A stretch of DNA of 64,000 nt from Desulfobacterales bacterium. GTDB lineage: Bacteria; Desulfobacterota; Desulfobacteria; Desulfobacterales; UBA11574. The position numbers and the translations under genes were made by a program. The notes below the pieces were generated by a model. That model saw only the letters and a list, made by a program, of their open reading frames with translations. It ran no database searches and had not been told where the DNA came from. Positions 40,719 through 49,908 of this stretch are shown one piece after another; within the stretch, counting starts at the first letter, position 1; each line of letters begins with the position of its first letter. The stretch is taken from positions 19,780 through 83,779 of the forward strand of contig JAJDND010000085.1 in assembly GCA_022340885.1 (NCBI GenBank). The letters run 5' to 3'.

Positions 40719-43700
40719 ATTAGGGGGCAAAGCGCCTCCGGTATACACTTCCCCGAATTCTTCACTGAAAACCAAATGTTTGATTTGTTCAAGGTATTCC
40801 TCGTAGCGTGAGAGATAAAACGAAAGCGGCCGGGGAAAGTTGATTCCCAAGATGCCGTCGATAAACATCTGGCTGATCTCACGGTGGCGCTGAAGCGTGA
40901 ACTGCGAACTGACCAGAATATGGCGCTCATCTACCGAAAGCGTGCGCAAAAATTGCGAAAAAGCTACGCGGGACCGCGGCTGGTACATCCAGAAATACAG
41001 CATGTCCATGGCGTGGATCATAACGATTTTTTCCAGATCTCTAGCTTCTGCATTGGCTTTCCGATTCCCGTCAGAGGCGCACTCCAGGATTTTGAAAGAC
41101 TCGACGTCCGGATAGAGCAGTTCCAATTGTGCATAAATGTCCAAAAGCTCTCTGAACTTGTTTTTATAATCACGCAAACGCATCCGGATATTCTTGTACC
41201 GGTCAGCTGTCCCTTCAATAAAACCGGCAACAAAATCCGAAGCGGCCTTGGATATAATCGCCGCCCACTTTTGCAGAATATCATTGACACCTGCTGTGTG
41301 AGACATGGTGAGGATGCCGCCGATACCGGCGTTTAATATTACAGCGACGGGAATGGACAGAATGCTGCGAAAGAAGTTCCCATATACCGCCCCTCTGGGC
41401 AAACCGCGGAAAATGTTATGTCCGGACAAATAAATACCGTTGGCCAGCGCCATAAACGTATACAAAAGGATCGGACTGGTTTCCGTCGTGATACCGAACC
41501 CCCGATCCAATATCACGGTTTTCACCACATAATCCAAAAGCGGTACGGAGAATCCGGTGAAAAGCAGGGAATCCGTGATCCTTGTCCAACTGACATAGTC
41601 ATTCCAATTCAGAAGCGGCGAGCGGCGAAAACCCCCGCCGCCCAGAACAGATTGAAGTATGTTGCGCAGACCAGTAATTCCGAACCAGATAAAGGCCCCC
41701 AGATAAGCCAGCACCCACCAATCTTTGGTCAGGGCGAAGGTCAGAAAGGCCGGAATAAATCCGATCACGACCTTGAGGGCGTTTTTCAGCTTTGAGTTCA
41801 AATATATCCACTTCAGTCCCCGCCGCCTTTTCGGCGATTCCGGCGTTTTGAGATAGAGCCCGTTAACAATTTTCTTCTGAGCACCGCCCAGGGTTACGAT
41901 ATTGCCGGAGCGAACCATACGGGTCGAGGTCGCCTGAACTTGCCAGCCTTGTCGGCGCATGACTTTCAATCGGTTGAAAACCGGAAGAATCCTTGCCAAT
42001 CCGGACAGTATGTTGTCAAACGGCCCGGCGGATTCATGCGGAATATCAATTGTGTATTTGTAAGCATCGATTCTAATGGGAATGGTTTCACGAATATTTG
42101 TTCGGCAATCCAGAACGATTTGCCGTTGCGTCCGCCTCGGCAGCGTTTCCTTGATCGCCAGTCCCATTCCGTGAACCTTGGGAGAACGGCCTGTGGAATC
42201 GCTGCCGATCCTCGATTTAAGAGGCTTTCCGGCGTAGTAAGACCTTAATATATCGATATCGTAAAGTATCGCAATTAATTTGTCGATTTGTTGAGCATTG
42301 GCCGAAGTCCCCGGTTCCCGGAGATCTTCAATAATCTCACGAATGATTTGCTTCAGGTGAATCGGGCTCCCGTCGTTGATCGCCTCCTGCAAACGACTGA
42401 TTTCCGCAATTTGGGCGGTTTTGCCCGCGGCATAATCCTTTAGATTGAATATCTCGAGCCGGGTGATCATTCCCTGACAATCGTATAGCAACTCAACGAC
42501 ATCCCCGGCTTTCAAATCGGTTAAATTCAGCGTCACCCGGTACCCCGAATGGAGCTGAGCGAGCCGTCTCAAAATTTCAAATGGACTGAGTTGCAGCAAT
42601 TCCGGGATGTCCGGACCATCATCCACCATCTGAGGATATCTGATTCCGGGATTTTTTTCAGGGGCCAGATATTCTTCGATGACGGATTCGATATCCAGCG
42701 TGTTCATGGACTCGATCCATTGGGTGATGGCATCCCGCCGCTCGGGACTTGCAGAGGCAAATTCTTCCTTTAACCGGTCTGTCTCACCCTGCAACACTTT
42801 CAACATCCGGTCGTGGATGAATTTCGCCAGATGCAATCTCGATTTCTGTCCGATTCCCACATACGCTAAAAACTCTTTTTCATCAATGGGTGGCAGCTCG
42901 ATCTCGTAAATCCGATTTATCTCCGGCCGGTGGCTTTCGTTAAATTTCTCAAAAAGCACCGACACACATTCCTGCTGATAGGCCGACACCTTTCGGCCGG
43001 CCTCCATGATTTTCATGACGGCCGGTTCTGCTAAAAAGCATAAGAATGCCTGGGCATCGTTAAACCCGCGTGGAACCCATATCAATTGCGCGTATTTGTC
43101 CCGGAATCGCGCGTAAAACTCAATGCCGATTCGAATGTCGATTTTCAGGACTTTGGCGGCTTCGAGGAGTTCGGCCGCAAAGCGGGGTTCGATAAAATTA
43201 TAATGAATCACCCGCAGGCGTTGGATGCCTTTTATCCATGCGTCCATGATAAGATGGGTGGAAGATTTGCGTCCCTTGGTGTTGACATCGTGGACATGAT
43301 CGTCAAAGGCGATTTGATTCCAATCTTCGGGCATCTCCAATAGATGATAGCGCTTGAGCTGCCGCCGGATGATGCGCGGTTTTCCGGATGCCGCCATTCG
43401 GAAGTCATGGGCCAGTTGAAGCTGCTTGTGGTAATCGCCGTGAACGCGCACCAAATCCTTCATGATTTGCAGTAACACCCTGGCGGTATTTTTCGGCATT
43501 GGGCCTTCGGCGGTGTCGATCACTTCATTGCGCAAAAGGCGCAATGCATTGATACGCTCATCAACCCCGCCGACTTCCAGAGAACTGAGCAGGTGGACCA
43601 CCGCATAGGCAATCCGTAAACCCCGGGTTTCAATCATTTCTTTGATACCGTGGGAGTGGAAGTACGGATAGTAAAATCGGCGGGCGTGCTTGTAGCTGCT

Positions 43701-43784
43701 TTTCCCTTCCAGCACGTCATTGACGATTCGGATCAGCTCGTTGTCGTGTTTGTCAAATAGAATTCCGGAGACTTTATCGTTCAT
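40716..43784 (-). CDS. 1022-aa protein with degenerate PHP-like domain and C-terminal membrane region
   Basis: FDDHVHD..KG, IRIGIEF, LEIFN, IGSDS; several hydrophobic helices after about aa 670. Confidence 0.7.
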   Translation of the reverse strand: MNDKVSGILFDKHDNELIRIVNDVLEGKSSYKHARRFYYPYFHSHGIKEMIETRGLRIAYAVVHLLSSLEVGGVDERINALRLLRNEVIDTAEGPMPKNTARVLLQIMKDLVRVHGDYHKQLQLAHDFRMAASGKPRIIRRQLKRYHLLEMPEDWNQIAFDDHVHDVNTKGRKSSTHLIMDAWIKGIQRLRVIHYNFIEPRFAAELLEAAKVLKIDIRIGIEFYARFRDKYAQLIWVPRGFNDAQAFLCFLAEPAVMKIMEAGRKVSAYQQECVSVLFEKFNESHRPEINRIYEIELPPIDEKEFLAYVGIGQKSRLHLAKFIHDRMLKVLQGETDRLKEEFASASPERRDAITQWIESMNTLDIESVIEEYLAPEKNPGIRYPQMVDDGPDIPELLQLSPFEILRRLAQLHSGYRVTLNLTDLKAGDVVELLYDCQGMITRLEIFNLKDYAAGKTAQIAEISRLQEAINDGSPIHLKQIIREIIEDLREPGTSANAQQIDKLIAILYDIDILRSYYAGKPLKSRIGSDSTGRSPKVHGMGLAIKETLPRRTQRQIVLDCRTNIRETIPIRIDAYKYTIDIPHESAGPFDNILSGLARILPVFNRLKVMRRQGWQVQATSTRMVRSGNIVTLGGAQKKIVNGLYLKTPESPKRRRGLKWIYLNSKLKNALKVVIGFIPAFLTFALTKDWWVLAYLGAFIWFGITGLRNILQSVLGGGGFRRSPLLNWNDYVSWTRITDSLLFTGFSVPLLDYVVKTVILDRGFGITTETSPILLYTFMALANGIYLSGHNIFRGLPRGAVYGNFFRSILSIPVAVILNAGIGGILTMSHTAGVNDILQKWAAIISKAASDFVAGFIEGTADRYKNIRMRLRDYKNKFRELLDIYAQLELLYPDVESFKILECASDGNRKANAEARDLEKIVMIHAMDMLYFWMYQPRSRVAFSQFLRTLSVDERHILVSSQFTLQRHREISQMFIDGILGINFPRPLSFYLSRYEEYLEQIKHLVFSEEFGEVYTGGALPPN

Positions 43785-43863
43785 AAATCAGCCGTGATAA
43801 AAATTCGTTCCATCCATTGACGATTATCAGAATTGATGGTCTTGTAAAAAAAAATCCAAAATT

Positions 43864-43936
43864 CACCGCGAAGATCACGAATCAATAAAAAAATATTTAA
43901 TAATTTCAAATTCGTCAACTCGTGTTCTTCGTGGTT
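43864..43936. repeat. REP-like inverted element of 9-nt units
   Basis: caccgcgaagatcacga ... tcgtgttcttcgtggtt. Confidence 0.55.
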
Positions 43937-43966
43937 TTAATTAAAAATACGTTCTATGCAGATAAT

Positions 43967-44094
43967 GCAAAAGATATGCCATTAAGTAAACACTTTTTAT
44001 TTTCTGCGTCAACCTGTTGAGATCCAGAATAATCTCAATTTGAAAACGTTTATGGGTTTTATAACTATTTGCTGAATTATCGAAAATTTTTACC
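43967..44094 (-). promoter_or_regulatory. Sigma54 promoter + degenerate activator half-site
   Basis: TGGCATATCTTTTGC 43967-43981; tatcgaaaatttttacc 44078-44094 at the usual ~97-bp spacing. Confidence 0.75.
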
Positions 44095-44253
44095 TGAAAA
44101 CCGGATTCCTGGATCTATAAATCCGCAGGGGATAAGGCAGGGTCCTGCCGCTTTGTCAAAGCGCTCAGAATGGGTGTAGGTAAAATGGTCGTGAACATAA
44201 TGACAACCACCATCATGTAAAAAATATCATCAGTCTGTATCACTCCGCTTGTC

Positions 44254-44703
44254 CTACTCCATCCTGCGGGTTCTGATGATCAGCAACGGACGGTCTATTT
44301 TTTGCAATACGCCGGCAGTGACACTGCCGTAAAAGGTTCGGAACAAGCCGCCAAGACCGTGACTGGCCATTAGAACGATGTCCACACCCATTTCTTCGGC
44401 AGCGTTTAATATCGACTTCACCACCGGTCCATGGACAACGCGCGCGTCTGCCCGAATGCCATTATCTTGGAATTCGGTTTCGATCTGACTCAGATACGCT
44501 TCCGATGCTGTCTTTCGTTCATTAAACCTTTCGCGACAATTATCCAGATCCACGACCTCATCCCACTCCAGCATAACGAACAGTTCCTCGACACGAAGAA
44601 AAATTATTTCAGCCCCGTATCGGGTTGCCATTTCCGCTGCATGGGGCAGAATTGCCTCCGCTCGTTTCGAACCATCCAGGGGGACCAGAATTTTTTTATA
44701 CAT
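44254..44703 (-). CDS. Universal stress protein
   Basis: MYKKILVPLDGS..MASHG..YGSVT; AAAGGAG RBS. Confidence 0.93.
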   Translation of the reverse strand: MYKKILVPLDGSKRAEAILPHAAEMATRYGAEIIFLRVEELFVMLEWDEVVDLDNCRERFNERKTASEAYLSQIETEFQDNGIRADARVVHGPVVKSILNAAEEMGVDIVLMASHGLGGLFRTFYGSVTAGVLQKIDRPLLIIRTRRME

Positions 44704-44815
44704 GACAGGCTCCTTTGATGACGTCGTTGGGTAATAAGCTGCGGTATCTTTAAATTTCAAATTGCTTTAAAGACACGCTACGACCAATTCCATAAGAAGA
44801 CACTTACGGGCGCCA

Positions 44816-45067
44816 TTATTTTAACAATCGTTTCGGCCCGCGCTGTGGTTCATGTTTGCCGGACGTATTCGCCGGTATTTCTGATTGCTCTTTGGTAGTG
44901 GACAGATGAAACAGTGCGTAAATCGGGCACCACCCAATAATCGCAGTCAGTAGAATCAGAATGCCCAAAATCGCCCATAACGCGCTGATATAAATACTAC
45001 CAAATGCAATGACAAACGCAACCGTCATCCGAATCAGCCGATCGGCTTTATTCATATTGCTTAACAT
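44816..45067 (-). CDS. DUF2892 (YgaP-like) membrane protein
   Basis: NM..DRLIR..LTAIIGWCPIYALFHLST. Confidence 0.88.
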   Translation of the reverse strand: MLSNMNKADRLIRMTVAFVIAFGSIYISALWAILGILILLTAIIGWCPIYALFHLSTTKEQSEIPANTSGKHEPQRGPKRLLK

Positions 45068-45127
45068 GCGTCGCCCCTTTGATTAAAATCGATAACTACC
45101 GGAACGTGATGGACATTTTTAAAAAGC

Positions 45128-45334
45128 CTATGCTTCCTTTTTTTCTTTGGATTTTTTCATCAGCAGACCGACGCCTTCGCAAAGAAAGAATACGGCATAT
45201 CCCCACCACACCGTGTAAACTACATAAAATACAATGATGCCGATGATCCCCCAGGCGTGCTGCGAAGCAGAGGATGCTTCTATTCCATAAAAGTTAAATG
45301 CCGGTTCAAGGGCCTTGATTCGTATCGTCTCCAA
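45128..45334 (-). pseudogene. C-terminal fragment of a TauE-partner paralog
   Basis: ALEPAFNFYGIE..YVVYTVWWGYAVFFLCEGVGL aligns with the C-terminus of 23316-24002. Confidence 0.75.
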
Positions 45335-45339
45335 AGATT

Positions 45340-46035
45340 TTATTTCAGCGACTGCAGTTTCCGGGCAGCTTTTGATATTTCCACCTTTTTTTCATGTTTT
45401 GCCTGTACGACCTTTCCTGATTTTTTAAGGCGAAAGTAATCCTGCATGGCATAGGATCCGAGACAGCCGAGCAGCGCAACGTAGATAATGCTGATGAACG
45501 CATCGCTCAGCACCGGATTTATAGTATAAATCGTTCTATTTATATATCCGCCGCAGGTAACGCCGATAAAAGAGCCGAACACAAATGCGACGGCTAGCCG
45601 ATAGTTCACGTTTCCCAGTTTTTTGTGCACGCCGGTTCCCATAATTCCCTTGGCAAACATGTGTAAAAGATCGGTACCCACCACCACGATCCCCCTGATT
45701 CCCGCGCTCATCAAGGCCTGAGTGATGACAACGCCGCCGCCGACACCGATGGCACCCGTCATCAATCCTGCCGCAAACCCCACCAATATGGCGACAATAA
45801 AAGCGCCAGCGGCAAAACCGATCGGCGGGGCATACGCCTTGCTTCCTCCGAGGATTAGAGCACCTTTTGCATAGACCAAAACTGTCGCCGTGGAGACCAG
45901 GACAACGGACAGAATTAGCAAAAAAAGCAGTTTCTTCTTGTTTCTAAGAATTGACCTGCTTGTTTCATATTCCCATTTTGCATGGGCGTATGCCCCGCAC
46001 ATGAGCATGTCGTATATTTTTCTCAATCCCTTCAT
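45340..46035 (-). pseudogene. Truncated TauE/SafE paralog (N-terminal half only)
   Basis: Aligns with 23999-25297 up to KLQ, then stops; second repeat is missing. Confidence 0.75.
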
Positions 46036-46114
46036 TTGCTACCCTCTTGCTCTTCATTTTTATATAGAAATCTATATTATGCGGATAAAATTAAAAGACT
46101 CGATCATAAACATC

Positions 46115-46251
46115 GCAAAAGGTATGCCAAAGGGGTCTTGTAAAAGGTGCCTATATAACTCTTTGATAAATCCGCTAATTTTAAAGGCTCCCTTAACGTT
46201 TCTCTATATAAGAAAAATAATTGATGTCAGTATTTTTTACAGGATGTAAAA
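46115..46251 (-). promoter_or_regulatory. Sigma54 promoter + IHF site + activator box
   Basis: TGGCATACCTTTTGC 46115-46129; TATCAAAGAGTTA 46156-46168; tgtcagtattttttaca-gga-tgtaaaa 46225-46251. Confidence 0.87.
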
Positions 46252-46347
46252 GGAAGTTGGCGGATAGAAGTAAAAATATAAATTGGAATTTGTGATTTAA
46301 AAAGTGAGGCTGGCGCTTGGGAAAGACCTGATAAGATCTTTATTTTC

Positions 46348-48048
46348 CTATGATTTTGCCCGATATTTTTTGGATCGCTGTTTTTCAACAGCCCGGTGTC
46401 TTTTTGGAAAACGGATGATATTTCGCCCATCCGGACTCACTAATGGGAGCCTAATGGCTGCCGGATCTTTTCTGCTTGTTTTACGATATGCTTTTTGACT
46501 TGAGATTTTATGGATATCAGGAGCACCGAAATTCGGCCGGTGAATAAGTGGACGTTGAAGCACCTTTTCATATAGATCGATGTATTGCTTTGCGGTAACC
46601 TGATGATTAAATATTGCGGCGCTCTGGGTCATTATTCGACGGATCTGCCGTTCTTTGATATCAGGGGACATCTTATAAAACTGCATGGCCTGGTCGATGG
46701 CCCACGAAAGACCGCCTGAGTCGAATGTTTTGAACAAAAATCCGTTGCCCGTATTCTTTGGAACATCCAAATGAAAAACCGTATCGTGAATACCGCCGGT
46801 ATCGTGAGCCACCGGAAGAGCACCGTATATTGCGCCGATCATCTGGGGAAGCCCGCAGGGTTCAAAGCTTGAAGGCATGAACACAAAATCCGATGCCCCA
46901 TAAGCCAGCCGGGTCAGGCGCTCATTAAAATCACATATGGCCACACGATCGGACAAACCGTGATATTCAACAATGTCTTTAAAATGCCTTTGAAATTCCC
47001 CGTCCGCCACAAAAACAATTTCCAGATTCTCTTTCCAATACCGGGAAACGACCCCATAAAGAATATCCGTCAGTAGTTGGCATCCCTTTTGAACCGGATC
47101 GAGACGTGAAGGCCAAAAAAAGACGGGAGCTCGGGCATCCCGGATCAAACCCAATTTTTTTTGAAATATCCGCTTATTGGTCTTTTTTCCCAAAACATGA
47201 TTGCTTGCAGAATACGTGCAGGGCTGTACCTCATCATTGGAAGGGTGATAAGAAGGGTCTGGGGCATTTAAAATCCCGACGGCACATCCGGCGCTAATTT
47301 TGTTGGAGAGCTCTTGTTGCATACATTTTTTTACAAATCCGTGTCGGCCTTCGACCATTTCTTCTAAAAATCTGGGGCTTACCGTATTAACAAAATGAGC
47401 GGCAAAAACACCGCTGGCCAAAAAATCAATGGGAATCGAGTTTCTGGTATTTTCATAACTGGAAGGGAAATATTCATAAAAAAGGCTCTGCCAGAAAAAA
47501 GCACTGTCAATGCCCCTGTCCTCGATTTCAGAAAGGGTGCATTTAACCGTATGGATGTTGTGAATGGTAAACAAACAGGGAATGCCCAACTGTCTGGCCA
47601 TGGCCGGAATCAGGGCGGTCATCCAGTCGTTGCAATGGATTAAATCCGGCTGCACCCTGGGGACAATATTGTTGATCACCTCTCGTTGAAAAGCCAGCGA
47701 TATTTTAAGGTTTTCAGACTCATAATCGGAATAGATATGGTTCAGATAGAAAAACGCCCGGTCTTGCGCCAGATGGATCCTTTCTTCCGGAACGCTCTTT
47801 TTTATTATACCAAGTTCTTTTCTTACAATGGGAGACATTCTGCCGTTGAATATGGACCGATAATCCGGCAAGGCGACATGGACATCGGCGCCTTGATTGT
47901 ACAGCGCATTAATCAGAGCTGCCGACACATCTGCAAGCCCGCCGGCTTTGGCATTCAAACCATCGGCGGATCGCCCCATACCATGGGGAAGATAGGTGAC
48001 CTCAGGGGTCACCAGCAGAACCCGGGGATTTGCTGATTTCTTGCTCAT
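46348..48048 (-). CDS. glgA: Glycogen/starch synthase (GT5)
   Basis: KAGGLADV, IHCNDW, FTIHN, SRLDPVQKG, MPSSFEPCGL. Confidence 0.9.
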   Translation of the reverse strand: MSKKSANPRVLLVTPEVTYLPHGMGRSADGLNAKAGGLADVSAALINALYNQGADVHVALPDYRSIFNGRMSPIVRKELGIIKKSVPEERIHLAQDRAFFYLNHIYSDYESENLKISLAFQREVINNIVPRVQPDLIHCNDWMTALIPAMARQLGIPCLFTIHNIHTVKCTLSEIEDRGIDSAFFWQSLFYEYFPSSYENTRNSIPIDFLASGVFAAHFVNTVSPRFLEEMVEGRHGFVKKCMQQELSNKISAGCAVGILNAPDPSYHPSNDEVQPCTYSASNHVLGKKTNKRIFQKKLGLIRDARAPVFFWPSRLDPVQKGCQLLTDILYGVVSRYWKENLEIVFVADGEFQRHFKDIVEYHGLSDRVAICDFNERLTRLAYGASDFVFMPSSFEPCGLPQMIGAIYGALPVAHDTGGIHDTVFHLDVPKNTGNGFLFKTFDSGGLSWAIDQAMQFYKMSPDIKERQIRRIMTQSAAIFNHQVTAKQYIDLYEKVLQRPLIHRPNFGAPDIHKISSQKAYRKTSRKDPAAIRLPLVSPDGRNIIRFPKRHRAVEKQRSKKYRAKS

Positions 48049-48079
48049 GATCTATTGCCGTAATACAAACCAGACGCCG

Positions 48080-48367
48080 TCAGAGTGCATTGCTCCCTTG
48101 CGGTGCAATCTTTGCCCCATATTCCCCGGTAAATGTCAGAGCATGGGATAGTTTTTTGATCGAACTGCTTTTTTGAAATACCTCAAGGCCGAACGGATGA
48201 ACGGAAGAAAGCGCACACGTGTCAATAAAAACCTTTCCGCCATTTCCGTGATATCTCTCTAAGGTACGAATCAGCTCATAGGCGGATGTACCATCAAAGT
48301 CTCCCAATAGCTTTAGATGAAGATTATCGCTGTTTTGGTGACAATAGATTCTGAAATTGGATGCCAT
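48080..48367 (-). CDS. STAS-like small protein
   Basis: LKLLGDFDG..VFIDTCALSSVHPFGL resembles SpoIIAA without the DSS phospho-Ser. Confidence 0.6.
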   Translation of the reverse strand: MASNFRIYCHQNSDNLHLKLLGDFDGTSAYELIRTLERYHGNGGKVFIDTCALSSVHPFGLEVFQKSSSIKKLSHALTFTGEYGAKIAPQGSNAL

Positions 48368-48520
48368 TGCTTCACCTCTTTTAGCCGGCTCACTTTAATG
48401 TCTCCACTCAAGCCGATAGTTATTTATTGCCCGACGAGAAATCGCTAAGCTTTTTGGGTTTGTGCCCTTCTGACGCTTTTATTGATGTGATCATTACTTA
48501 AGGAAAAGAAATCATCTGAA

Positions 48521-48817
48521 TTATGATTCGGTAAGGTTAATAACACTATTATATGTTCCGAAACAGTTTTGGCACAGACGATCGTTTGAAGGGTCCTCTC
48601 TCCACTGCCCGTCGACCAGAAACTTATATTCGTGATTTCCGGGGAAAAGCATCACTGTCTTGTTCCATGTCCCTTTTTCGTCTCTTTGCATAGGGTGTTT
48701 TTTCGAACTCCAATTGTTAAAATCTCCCATCAATATCACTTCTTGGGCATCTTTCGCTTCCAGCATAAATGTCCATCTTTTTCGTTTGGTTTTCTGATTA
48801 GATTTTCCTTTTGACAT
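48521..48817 (-). CDS. Stand-alone glycogen-binding (CBM48/AMPK-beta-like) protein
   Basis: [27 protein letters not shown]. Confidence 0.9.
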   Translation of the reverse strand: MSKGKSNQKTKRKRWTFMLEAKDAQEVILMGDFNNWSSKKHPMQRDEKGTWNKTVMLFPGNHEYKFLVDGQWREDPSNDRLCQNCFGTYNSVINLTES

Positions 48818-48835
48818 GTTACACCTCCTATAGCC

Positions 48836-49015
48836 TCAATCTTTTATCGCTTTTTCCTTCAGGCAGTATTCACGCCAAATACAATCTTTGCGGTCGCAGT
48901 CCCCGTTTGATTCGCCGAAACAGTCCGGATTTCCCTCGATACGTTGAATGCTCTGGATGAAATGTGTTAAATCCGGGAATTGATCGTTTAACTTATTGTC
49001 CAGATTGTCTGCCAT
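48836..49015 (-). CDS. 59-aa four-Cys protein (not in ORF track)
   Basis: MADNLDNKLNDQFPDLTHFIQSIQRIEGNPDCFGESNGDCDRKDCIWREYCLKEKAIKD; AGGTG upstream; co-oriented first gene of the glgA run. Confidence 0.75.
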   Translation of the reverse strand: MADNLDNKLNDQFPDLTHFIQSIQRIEGNPDCFGESNGDCDRKDCIWREYCLKEKAIKD

Positions 49016-49104
49016 TCACACCTGCCAGAATTCCAACAATCTTGTGTTCTGAGGATATGAAAAGAAAACAAAATTAGCTTAGCTGGAATTTTGATTTATT
49101 ATTA

Positions 49105-49185
49105 TCGACTTTACCAAATTTGTCCATAGAGCGGCAGCTTCATTTTTTCTGAGGAAATGTCCTATGGGGGAATTATCCCCATACA
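49105..49185 (-). promoter_or_regulatory. Conserved 80-bp regulatory block, copy 1 (tandem GGGGAA..TCCCCAT palindromes)
   Basis: Colinear similarity with 54457-54536. Confidence 0.75.
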
Positions 49186-49230
49186 GGGGCGGGAAACAAT
49201 GGAGACCCGGAGTCAAAGATTAATGAAAAA

Positions 49231-49908
49231 TTATTCTTTCCATAATTCGACATCGATGAGGCCGAGCTTTGCAGCATAACGGGTCAGCTCAATCGTGCTG
49301 TGCAAATCGAGCTTTCGCATGATGCTGTGCCGGTGGTTTTCAACGGTTTTCCGGCTGATGAAGAGTTTATCGGAAACCTGGTCTGTAGACAGTCCTTCAG
49401 CCAAAAGACCCATAACTTCCTGTTCTCTGGCGGTCAGCAAATCGTAGCCGGTACCTGCCAACGCCACCTGCTTTTCCGGCAGCCCGATAAGTTTTTTGAC
49501 CACCTGATGGGATACCGACGTATCCATGTAATAATGGCCCTTTAACACGTGGTCTATACCATCCAGGAGCAAATCCGCAGCAGATTCTTTTACCAGGTAC
49601 CCCATGGCACCGCACTGAAATGCCTTTACGATATAGTCGATTTTGGAATGCATACTGACAACCATGACACGGATTTTAGGGGAACACCTTAAAATATCTC
49701 CGATCAAAACAAGCCCTCTGACATCCGGCAAACCCACGTCCAACAAAACCAAATCCGGCTTGAATTCCTTGACCATTTCAAGCCCTTGGCGGCCAGTACC
49801 AGATTCTCCGACGATTTCATATCCGGGGTTATGTCCGATGATTGCCTTGATGCCTTCCCTGAAAAGGGGATGGTCGTCAATAATCAATATACGCTTTTTG
49901 GGACTCAC
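49231..49908 (-). CDS. NarL/LuxR family response regulator
   Basis: IDDHPLFR, LLDVGLP, LTAREQEV..ISRKTVENHR. Confidence 0.95.
   Translation of the reverse strand: MSPKKRILIIDDHPLFREGIKAIIGHNPGYEIVGESGTGRQGLEMVKEFKPDLVLLDVGLPDVRGLVLIGDILRCSPKIRVMVVSMHSKIDYIVKAFQCGAMGYLVKESAADLLLDGIDHVLKGHYYMDTSVSHQVVKKLIGLPEKQVALAGTGYDLLTAREQEVMGLLAEGLSTDQVSDKLFISRKTVENHRHSIMRKLDLHSTIELTRYAAKLGLIDVELWKE

Noticed and set aside
45334-45342. Programmed frameshift or readthrough joining the two TauE-related fragments
   Set aside because: The stop is TAA and the fragments derive from two different genes with ~1.1 kb missing, so a deletion explains it
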